In this document: positions 27,101-39,100 of the stretch, one piece after another | Layout: the number at the start of each line of letters is the position of its first letter | Numbering within the stretch: the first letter of the stretch is position 1 | Assembly (NCBI RefSeq): GCF_022045235.1 | Contig: NW_027266275.1 | Coordinates: 17,670,001-17,734,000 of the forward strand | Source of the DNA: Haliotis cracherodii | Lineage: Eukaryota | Length of the DNA: 64,000 bases | Direction: 5' to 3' | Program-made: the position numbers and the translations under genes | Notes under the pieces: model-generated | The model's database searches: none | What the model saw: only the letters and a program-made list of their open reading frames with translations | Told to the model about the DNA's origin: nothing

Positions 27101-30100
27101 ATATGGAACTTCGCGAATGTATCATGCTAGGTTACGAGCTGTGACATAGATTTTTCATGCATATATTTTTGCATTAAACATTGTGTCCGAGCCGAGAATT
27201 CAAGGCGACGAAAGCCGAGATGTCATTTGACTTACATTACACGCGATCGCACGAAACGATGGAAATAATAACTTAGATGTAAGTTTGATTACTTTTAGAT
27301 ATATTTTTGTTGATTTTTTTATCACTTTGTATAATATATTTAAAGATTTGTTTAAAACGTCTTTATTTTGCTCTTTGATGTGGACCCGTTGTCGAAATGT
27401 GTGTCCGAGAATTTTATTTTCAATAACATCGCGGGAAATAGTGAATAATTTTATAATTTATCGATTAAAAATGATAAATTGAAATGGAATACGTATTTCA
27501 GACATTGTGAAATGTGACAGATTTAATAAATGAATGATATTACAGGTAGATCTAGGTCCATAAAAATATATACTATTTTGATGTGACGTGAGATAAACAC
27601 ATATTGATGATTTGAGATTTTCCGAGCGCGCGCCTCGGTTAAACGGCTTATCGTCTATAACGCCCACCAATTATTTGGACCCCATTGGTAGCGTTATAGC
27701 GAGCGATCACTGTACTATCATAAAAGGCCAGGTGTGGTATTGTTTAAAGCTCCTTAATTCAGAGAATAGACACTTTTCCTCCACCTGCCGATTTTTCTTT
27801 TTTTTTAACAATACTCTGTATCTCATTTATAAAACTTATGATACTAAAAGTTGTGACGGAATGAGAATAGTTTCTATGTTGTGCTTGCTCCTGTAGTCAA
27901 TGACTGATGTGTTTACAGGCTGGAGGAGGAGGAACAGGCTCGGCAGAAACTGCAGTTGGAGAAAGTGACAAATGATGCCAAGATGAAGAAGATAGAGGAG
28001 GACATGGCAGTAGCTGAGGACATGAATCAGAAACTGCTGAAGGAGCGCAAACAGATGGAAGAGCGTATGAATGATGTCCAGGGACAAATGGTGGAAGAGG
28101 AGGAGAAGGCAAAGCAACTGGGCAAGCTGAAGAACAAGTATGAGGCCATCATTGCCGACCTTGAGGAACGACTCCGCAAGGAGCAGCAGGCTCGCCAGGA
28201 GCTGGAGAAGATCAGGCGCAGACTGGAGTCGGAGCTGAATGACCTGCGTGACCAGCTGAACGAGAAGAGGCAGCAGGTTGAGGATTTGCAGACCCAGCTC
28301 AGCAGACGTGAGGAGGAAGTGCAGCAGGCCCTTCAAAAGTAAGAACCACTTGGAGATGCAATGATGGTATTGCTTGTGGGAACCATCTTTGGGCTTACAG
28401 AAGTAAGAACCACTTGCAATGTAATGATAGTAGTGGTTGTTGGACCATGTCTAGGGCTTTTAGATGTAAGAACCACTTGGGGAAGTAATGAACATTTTAG
28501 TGGTGGTGAAGGGATTTAGACTAAATATCCATGATGGATAGATGGAAAGATTCACCGATGATTGTGGTAGTGGCAGAGTTCATGGGTGCATATTATGTGG
28601 TCCATCTTCCAGAACTGATGAGGAGTCTATAGCCAGGTCGAACATGAACAAGCAGATCCGAGAATTTCAGAACCAGATTCAGGAACTGCAGGAGGACTTG
28701 GACTCGGAGAAGGAGAGCAGGAATAAGGCAGAGAAACAGAAGAGGGACCTTAATGAGGTTGGTAACAACTTGTGCACTGTGCCTGTTCCAGACTTCACTT
28801 TTACACTCGGGACCTCGGTTACATGGCCAAGGAAGGGGCGGTCGGGTAGCCTAGTGGTTAAAGCGTTTGCTCGTCACGCCAAAGACCCGAGTTTGATTCC
28901 CGACATGGGTACAATTTGTGAAGCCCATTTCTGGTGTCCCCCGCCGTGATATTGCTGGAATATTGCTTAAAGCAGCATAAAACCACTCACTCACTCACTC
29001 ACACTCACTCACTCACTCACTCACTCACTCACTCCAAGGTACTCATGGTATATACAATCCTGTTCACTCACTAAGTGGAATTTGAATAGCGGTTTACGGT
29101 CCTTGAACAACACCTATAAGTCTTTGACACATATTCCAATCACTTTCCACATATGCTTATTTGACTTATGATTTAACTGACATACTGTTCAGAGTTTCAT
29201 TTAAACAGGAAGTCACTCATTGCACTTCCTTAGATCCCGTCAGCTAGTATTGCACAAACAGTCAAAGTGTGGCAACTGATGCTCTAAACTGTTTTCCTAT
29301 AGGAATTGGAGGCTCTGAAGACGGAGTTTGAGGCCGAGTTGGACAGCACAGCTGCTGCTGTGGAGCTGAGAACCAAGCGTGAGACTGAGATCAAGGACCT
29401 GAAGAAGTTATTGGACTTGTCTCAGCGTCAGCATGAGGAGAGCATCCAGGACATGAGGCACAAGTACCAACAGCAGATGGAGAACCTCAGCGAAGAGATC
29501 GAGACAGTCAGGAAGGTAAATAAATACTCGATCACAACAACGCACGCGAAAATTCCTGCGAAAGCCCTACCTCTATAACGTCATTGCTAATATCCTCTAT
29601 TTTCTTTGTCATCATACTTTTATGATCTTTAGATTTTCAACAGCAGTCCTCTACACAGTCAACTATCCATAATCAGTCATTTTGATAATAGTCTTCCATT
29701 GCCCAGTGCTCTTGCTCAAACATAAGGCTGGAAAACCTCACTTCTTTCTTGTGTGCGCTAGAGTACCCATATGAAAAGTATATCTAGCACGTCTTGGTAG
29801 TTTGTCACTCTGCAGTTAGTTTGTATTTCCTGAAAACAGTGCATGCCAGCTTCCTATTTGATTTTATGTGATACATTTCAGGGCAAGAACGTGATGGAGA
29901 AGAACAAGACGACCCTGGAGGCGGAGAACCAGGACCTGGCTAATGACCTGAAGCAGGTCCAGATGGCCAAGCAGGAGTCTGAGCGAAAGCGGAAGCAGGC
30001 CGAGCAGCAGCTGCAGGAGGCCTCCATTAAGCTGCAGGAGCTGGATCAGGGCCGGGGAGAGACTGTCGAGAAGGTGACGAAGCTGGCCACCGAACTGGAC

Positions 30101-33100
30101 ACCACCAGCCAGCAGCTGGAGCAAGCGGAGACTAAGGCTATGCAGTTGAGCTCCAAGGTGTCCAGTCTCGACACCCAGTTGGCTGATGCTCAGGTATGGC
30201 ACAGAGGATCAGATGTAGAGGATTATTGACAGTACACGTTGTGGGAATCCTGTTTAGAATTGGTCCCTAGCAACCTATGATGGTTATTAGAGTCGACCAA
30301 ATGGATCGGTGTCAGAATCAGTGATTTGGTTGATTTCGTGCCATAATACCCTGAGAACGTCAATCGTTCTTCACTATATAGTTCACTAGATTGTCTGGTC
30401 ACGTTCGATTAATGACAGACCGCTGCCATATAGCTCTAACATTATGGAGTGCGGCATAAACAATAAACAAATTGACAGTACTGCCCCTTGGGAGTATTTC
30501 CATACTGCACTACTGTCCATATCTCTCATTTCATTGGAGCAGTGATTTTCCCCAATTATTTTCTGCACCAGATATAAAAAAGGTTGCCATGGAGAATTAA
30601 ACCTTTACAGACAATGATCATATGTTGTTTCAATATCTAAATAGGAGAGCAGTTTGATTCCACAACTAACACAATGCCTATCTCTGACTAGTTATGTCCT
30701 TCTTTTCCTACAGCTGCTTGCTTCCATGCAAAGGTGCTGTCTTATCAAACAAAACGTGTCAAAGTTTTTGTTGTTTGTCTGATGTGTAAATCTGTATGTA
30801 CTTCAGGATCTAATGCAAGAGGAGACTCGTCAAAAGCTGTCTGCCCAATCTAAGTTGCGTCAGGCTAATGATGAGATCAACCAACTCGCAGACAGACTTG
30901 AGGAGGAGGAGGAATCTAAGAAGAATCTGGAGAGGCAGATAGTGGAAGCTAATAATAGGGTATGTGGTGTCTTGGTTGAAGCTGACTGTCACGGAGGAAT
31001 TAGTTGCCTTGGATTGGTTGGGGGATTATGATTGAAGCTGACCATTAGGGAAGGTGTTTGTTGCCTGGTATGGTGATTATGATTGAAGCTAGCTGAATAC
31101 TTGTCAAGTACATGTCAAATTGGAAGGTTTTAGTCCAGCTAAAAAGAAGTGAAGGAAGTTTTTTTATATTTATTGGCAAACTGTATGATTAATAGATGTC
31201 ACTCTGTGAATGCAGATGGCTGAAATGAAGAAGAAGTTTGATAATGACACTGCGAATGCTGAGGCTATGGAGGAATTGAGGAAGAAGGCCGCTCGTGATA
31301 TGGATGCTCTACAGGCCCAGCTCGATGAGACTCGCACACAGAACGAGAGGCTGGACAAGTCCCGCAAGAAGCTGCAGGCTGAGGTAGGCTAAAGTTACAG
31401 TGCCATAGTCAGTAAGACCACTGTGGGGACTGCAAGGGGGAATAGGTCCACCACAACCTATGCTTGTCATTATGTTGATTAAATGGATAGGGTTGTTAGA
31501 GACACCAGTTAAAGGAACATTGTAGGTAAATTTTGTAGGCTGAATGCACATAGAAGTTGTTAATAAATATTAGGGATGTCTCAATTTCGTATTTTCATCT
31601 ACAGTTTTTTGTTTGTTAATGATTAAGTAAGCAGTCTGTGAAGTTTATTAGACATGTATATTTATGAGAATTGACGTCGTAAATATATATATTGACGCCA
31701 GTTCTTAAACATTTCAAAGCAGTTGTAGGTTGTTCATGTATGTGTAACACAAGATACTTGTGACTAGGTCGAGGACCTGACAATTGAGCGTGACAGTCAG
31801 AGGTCCACAACCAGTCAGATGGAGAAGAAGCAGCGCAAGTTCGACCAGATGCTCAATGAAGAGAAGGCCATCTCAGAAAGGTGGGTAGTGCTTTCTGTCC
31901 TTTAAGAAGGCTCAGTTTTTGTAGTCCTCAAGTAGTTCACTACTTTAAGTATCAAGTCTTTGAATGGCATTTAGAAGTCATAACATAAGAGAGAATGTAT
32001 GGATGTCAACTTATTATGAGGAACACAACATTTTGGAGTGTGCATACTCCGTCATCAGATAATTAAATAAGCAGTCATTGACCTGATGAAGGGTAAGCAT
32101 ACACACCGAAACGTTATTGGTCATAATAAAGAAGCTGACATCCACAACATCTGCCTACTTTAGTAGGGACATTTACTGTTGCATGAATTGTTTGATAGGC
32201 ATTACTTAGAAGTTGACAGATGACAAAAGTAGACACAATTTATGGATAACAACTTCTTTAATACTGTAAAAAGCGACATTTCGGTATAGATCCTTATACC
32301 GTTGTTGTCGTTACTTATTCATGTTATCCCACTCATATATGCAATTGTCATTACTGTTAGTCCTCCACTATTATATATATTCTGTACAATGTCCCTCATT
32401 CAGTCTTGCTTGACAACGGTATAAGGATCTTTAGGGAAACAACGCTTAACAGTATTAAAGAAGTTGTTATCCATAAATGGTGTCTACCTTGTCATACTTT
32501 GCATGTTTGTTGATAATGAATCGGGGCGTGGTTGTGGAGCTAGCTATGGGGAAAGGGGCAGGTGCTACCAGTTTCCTTGTCCTGCTGACAAGAACGAACA
32601 ACTTCAGTGTACTTATTGTAAAATGTGAAAATTACATGGCTTCACGGGTAATGAATTGTAAAATGAGCAGAAATGAGGAGCTGTCAAGAAGGGACCTGGG
32701 AACCATGGATTTCATTATCTTTCTATCCTCATCTTTGCTTCATCCACTGTCTCCGTAACAAGAACTAAAACCTTATACAGCATGCAAATTCAGAATGCCT
32801 TTAAATGCCCTGAAATTGATAGGAGTTGCTTGTATCTACAGGCTTGCCGCCGAGCGTGATGGCATCGAGCGTGAGAGTCGGGAGAAGGAGACAAGGATCC
32901 TGAACCTGAACCGGGATCTGGAGGAGTTGAGAGAGAGGCTGGAGTCTTCCGAACGGCAGAAACAACAACAGGCCAGGGAGCTTGACGATCTCATGTCCTC
33001 CAAGGATGACGTTGGCAAAAATGTAAGTAGATTAGCATCAGAGAGACTTCAGTTTTGTGAGGGTCTTCAGAGTTGTATAAGCAGGAAATAGGCACTTCTT

Positions 33101-36100
33101 CACAACAAGAGTTTGTATCCTTGAATTAGCTAATCTTTTAAAGTTCCATGGCAGGAGTTTTAACTCCCAAGCCATTCAATTTTATTTGGTTTTAAAAATT
33201 GAGGGTACAAACAAATTGACCACCAAAACAATATTGGGGTTTGGCAGATACAGTAAGTTGTAATTCCAATGAATAAATCAGTTGTGATGCATAGCCCTGT
33301 AGTCTGAATTGCCACCTGTCCCTGATATACTGATCTTGTATACTGAGCCTTGCACTGTTAGCATGGGTGTAATCACAGTGACAAATGTCCACAATGGTGG
33401 TAGTTTGAGGGTTTCTTACATCATCTAGGTGGCATGCTGTGATGTACCAGAAAATTATGTTTAATGAGTGATCACAACTCCTAATGCCATGGGGGTGGCC
33501 GGGTAGCCTAGTGGTTAAAGTGTTCGCTTGTCCAGGGTTAGAAATTGGCACTAGTCCTATAGTCCTTGCCAAACTGCCCAATAGTTACGGTATCATAAGG
33601 ACTAGTAGAAAATTGCCATTTTTAAGGGTTTTGCTATATATTATCATTATAAGGACTAGTATAACAAAAATGTTAGTTTCTACCGCTGTAAATGTCACAC
33701 TGAAGACCCGGGTTCGATTCCCGACATGGGTACAATGAGTAAAGCCCATTCCTGGTGTCCCCCGCCGTGATATTGCTGGAATATTGCTAAAAGCGGTGTA
33801 AAACTATATTCACTCACCCGCTCACTCACTCACTCACTCCTAATGCCATGTGTCAGGTGCATGACCTGGAGAAGGCACGACGCCAGCTGGAGCAGCAGGT
33901 GGATGAGCAGAAGACGCAGATTGAGGAACTGGAGGATGAGCTGCAGCTCTCTGAGGACGCCAAGCTCCGTCTCGAGGTCAACATGCAGGCCCTCAGAGCT
34001 CAGTATGACCGCGACATGCAGGGACGGGATGACCTGGTCGATGACGCCAAGAAGTCAATTCTTAAGCAGGTATGTTTTATGATTGGCTTAGCACAATCCA
34101 ATTGTTGATACTCTTATCTTGCACGTAGGTTTGATTTAAGTCCTACATAGATGTAAAGTATAAGGTATTCAGGATGTATAGCTTTTAGATGGGTGAACAA
34201 ATGATACACTTCTCACTCGATCCGAAACATTTGAATCAGGGTCGTGAGACATTATTCAGAAATTCTCACACCTTGTGAAAATAGTTCTGTGGCTGGTGCT
34301 ACCCAGCAGCTAACTTAATTTTGAAGAGATAATTTGGAAAATTAAAAAAATTTAAACAATTATGGTCTATGGTGACATGAAGTATTAAGATGGTTATGGT
34401 TCATGATTAGGAAACGTCCAACCTTTGACAAAACAGTTGTCTCAGCTGTGTCATTGCCATTTTACACATGGATGGGTATTGACAGGTTCAGTTTCCAATC
34501 TCAGTTTTGGATAGGTTCCTGCTAATAGAGCTGATAGTACAAAGGGTAAGTTCAGTGTGAAAGTGAATAGACACTGTCAGATTTTCCTTTCATATTACAG
34601 TTGCGAGAAATGGAAGCAGAACTGGAAGATGAACGCAAACAGAGATCCCTTGCTACGAGTGCTCGCAACAAGCTGATGGCTGACCTGAAAGACCTTGAAG
34701 GTCAGCTGGAGATGTCCAACAAGGTGAAGGACGATGCAGTGAAGCAGTACAAACGGGCCCAGTCTCAGTCCAAGGAATACCTGCGTGAGCTGGATGAGCT
34801 GCGGATATCCAGGGAGGAGATGGCTAACAGCTTTAAGGACAATGAGAGGAAGATAAAGAACCTAGAGGCAGAGCTGCTGAAGGTGCAGGAGGAGTTGTCC
34901 ATGGCGGAGAGGGCCAGGAGGAATGCGGAGGGAGAGCGTGATGAACTCGCAGACGAACTCACAACACTTGCAAGTGGAAAGTGAGTTGCAGCATTTGTTG
35001 CCATAGATTTGACTGACTGACTGACTGACATCCGATGCTTGGTAATCCTGGTTCATTGTCAAGCCTTAGACCCAAGTTTGATTACCTGTAATTATTTGTT
35101 AGAATTTAAGCATAATAGTCAAGGGATTCTGGCCATCCAACATTTAAAGTGTCATTAATTATGTATGTCATAGCAGAAAACTCTACAGACTCAAGCATCT
35201 GCCTTAACTACAGCGTTTGAAGCCAGTGACATACCAGCTTAAGACATACACATTTGCATTTAGAATTGTGCAGTGTGAATGCTACTTTGTAGTAGTGTGT
35301 TTTCGTCCTGCACATTTGGCTGCACAGACATGCTGATTATTGAGTAAAAGGAAACATAAGAACTTTAAGATTAAAAAAGTTGTTTTGGGAATGAGCATTT
35401 TCGAATATTTATTCCAGGAATGCATTCCTTGATGAGAAGCGTCGCCTGGAGGCTCGTATCAGTGAGTTGGAGGACGAGCTGGAGGACGAACACGGCAACA
35501 CGGAGATCATGACAGACAAGGCCAGGAAGGCAACTATTCAGGTACGTACTCTCATGTTACCAGGATTTCTGGTTAGAATAGGTCCCCAGCAACCGATGCT
35601 AGTCATTCGAGACAATTTGGTGTTCCATTGCGGGCAGGCTTGTTGTCTTGGCTGATTGCTTGTCATCATACCCCAGTGGTATGGAAAGCTGCTGTGGCTG
35701 AACACTTAAAGGGGCACTGATCTAAAGCAATTCCCGGGGACTGGTTGTTGCCTTTGTTATAGTTTTTTTCCCGTGAATACCTGGATGATATAGCAGAAAT
35801 CTAGACTAGTTTGCGACCTGTGCTGTCAATTCATAAGCGCATTTGTCACTCTTATTGATAGTATAAGGGTGTATGGTCACTCACTGACGATAAAAAAAAC
35901 AATGCTCAGGAGAAATATATACTTTGTGTTGCAAGTCAAAATAGTGTAAACAAAAATCGCACAATTACCAAGTAAGTGACTTATCAAAACTTCATCACCA
36001 TTACAGATGCTACCCACAAAGATACCTACATTTCAGTCCTTCAATATGGATCCATACGTTTGAATTAACCCATGGGTCAGAATAGGTCTTCAGCAACGCA

Positions 36101-39100
36101 TGCTTGCCGTAAAAGGCAACTATGCTTGTTGTAAGAGGCGACTAATGGGATCATGTGGTCAGACTCGCTGACTTGGTGATGCATGTCATCGTATCCTAAT
36201 TGCTTGGATTGATGCTCATGATGTCAATCACTGGATTGTCTGGTTCAGACTCGTTTATTTTACAGACTGCCGTCATATAGCTGGAATGTTGCTGAGTGCG
36301 GCATTAAACAACAAACAAAACGTTTGAATTACTTCCTTTATTTTGTCAGATGGAGCAAATGAGTGCTGATTTGTCAGCTGAGAAGACACTTTCCCTGAAG
36401 TTGGAGAACCAGAAGTCTGCCCTGGAGAGGCAGAACAAGGATATGAGAGACAAGCTAGCAGAACTGGAGGGGCAGAACCGATCTAGAACCAAAGCTACTA
36501 TAGCTGCCCTTGAGAGCAAGATTGTCAATCTGGAAGAGCAGCTCGAAATTGAAGCCAAGTGAGTCTACCAGGTTCACTGGGTTGATATCAATACCATCGA
36601 TGTAGGAACAGCGTTAGAAACTGGCACTAGTCCTATAGTCCTTGCCAAACTGCCCAATGGTCAAGGTATCATAAGGTCTAGTAGAAAGTAGCCCTTTTTA
36701 AGAATTTTGCTACATGTTATCATTATGAGGACTAGTGGATGAAAACTGTCACTGACGAACCTGTTGAATTAGTGACCAGGACCAATTTGCAGAGTTGCGT
36801 CAACCCTGAGAGTGTTGGGTCTCATTAAATTGGGAAATATCTACAGTCTGCAGGACAGCACTTTCGACTACCACAAAATCACCTTCCTCACTCATACCGT
36901 TGCCTTCGTATGCCAGACATAGTGTAACTTTAACACTTGTAATCAGTGAGGTGGACAGATAATGTGTTTGTCTACATCACTGTCTTTGTTATCCCCCCGG
37001 CATCTAACTACTCCTTTTGTACGGACAGACAGCTCAGAAATTCTCTTGTCAAGTTGGACTTAGTGTAACAGTCAGATGATTTCTTCTGTGGAATTTTTTG
37101 GGGGCGAGGGATTTGCTATCTCCTGATGACTCTTGCATTATTCTGAATGTGTTTCACATTTCTGTGTTCCAGGGAACGGGCAACATTGTCAAGAGCGAGT
37201 CGGAAACTGGAGAAAAAGCTGAAGGAGTTGGTGTTGCAGGCTGAGGACGAGAGGAGACATGCTGACCAGTATAAGGAACAGGTCAGTTGGGGTGGATGCA
37301 GGGTAGTCACATGGTGGTCGCAGGGTGGATGCAAGGTAGTCGCAGGGTGGATGCAGGGTAGTCACATGGTAGTTGCAGGGTGGATGCAGGGTAGTCACTG
37401 GGTGGATGCAAGGTAGTTGCAGGGTGGATGCAGGGTAGTCACAAGGTGGTCGCAGGGTGGATGCAGGGTAGTCACATGGTGGTCGCAGGGTGGATGCAGG
37501 GTAGTCACATGGTGGTCGCAGGGTCAGTTTATCTTACTGCACAACTTATCTTATGCATGCATGCTTTGGCCTGAATCAATAAAAATACCACATTTAGGCA
37601 TTTGTAGCAGACGACAGCAAACAAACTGAGTTATTCCCCCTAGATCTATTTCATTTGGAACATATTGTTAATATCTGGAAAATGGTGTCTAACATTTAAT
37701 TAGAGATACAAAATTGTGGTTTGTATGTTGCAGGTGTAATTCCAACAGTTAGACAATTCTAGTGGGGAACATAAGAAATGTACCTTACATGTTAGCGGGG
37801 TACATTGAAAATAATAGAATGGGTCTCAGCCATACAGAATCTGACATTCATGTGCAACACTGTAAGTTGAGATTGTGTGATGTATTGCCTTGACTCTCAT
37901 TACAAACAAGGGGGACGGACACCTTGTAAGTCTTTGTGTTTCCACCTGCAGCTTGACAAGGTGAACAACCGAGTGAAGGCCTTGAAGCGACAGTTGGACG
38001 AAACTGAGGAGGAGGTTGCACGTCTCAACTCTCAGAAACGTAAACTACAGAGAGATATCGATGAGCAAATGGAACAAAATGAAGTGGCATCTCGAGAAAT
38101 CTCACAGTTAAGAAAATTCAGGTATGTGGCATTCCCTGTTTCATCAGCCATTGATGCATAGCATTGATGATATTGTAATGTATCTATAGAACTTGCAGTT
38201 AACCTTTAGACATGTTATTGTTTGTAGTAGAATATTTGTACATGTTCTCTGCATGATACGTTAAGTAGGTTTGTTTAGGTGTTTTTTTTGGTGATAAGTC
38301 AATCATTGAACTATGTTTTCATCATCACGTTATTGCATGATTCAAAACACTTTCATTTTTGGTGTCTTTGTATTTATGACATCTCATCTTCCATTTAGCA
38401 AAATGTGAGGGTATGTTATCTGATTTTTAACCAGTCCTATCATAATAGCAGCTTAATTGTGCTGTCGTGGTTATGCAATGAGTCCAAATATTGCACTGCA
38501 GTATATAGCTTCTCTTCAAGAGTTGACAGTGGCGTGGCATTTATTCATACTCTGATTGGAATGCATTCAGCAATTCTGTATTCAGCTAAAAAAGTTAAGT
38601 CGTTTTCTGAATTGGCTGAAAGGTCTGCTATCTAAAGCTGTTTGATGTCCTTTGCAAAATCATTCATGCTTTGCTTCAATGGTATTCTACAATAATACCT
38701 CGCCTTTCAGGAGATATTAGGTAACGTACCGTCTTTCCTTCATGTATTCAATATTATATATATTTCTATGTACAACTAAGTACAGTAAAATCCTGTAATT
38801 CTTGTCCCATGATAACCTCATATATCCGTCATTTTCCATGCAGTCTAAAATGTGTTTGCGAAGCCAAGAAGAAGTGAAAGGTATTCGCATGTTCCGCCAT
38901 CCCTTGGCCTCAAGCTCTTCCATTTGCAATGAAACGCCTGGATTGCATATTTATTATAAGTCATTGGTTTAATTTTTTTGGCTTCAGTGTTCAATATGAA
39001 AACAGTGAGAATAGGCTTGAATGATCTGTTGTAATCTGGGTATTTCCTCCCACCTCATCTCCAGTTGAACGCATCCATCGCCATTTCATGACATCTTGTC

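Noticed and set aside
28835-28905. tRNA-like sequence
   Set aside because: It is the head of a SINE with body, tail and TSD, not a tRNA gene.
27836-30202. Leu/Gln-rich minus-strand ORFs
   Set aside because: Antisense shadows of the coiled-coil exons.
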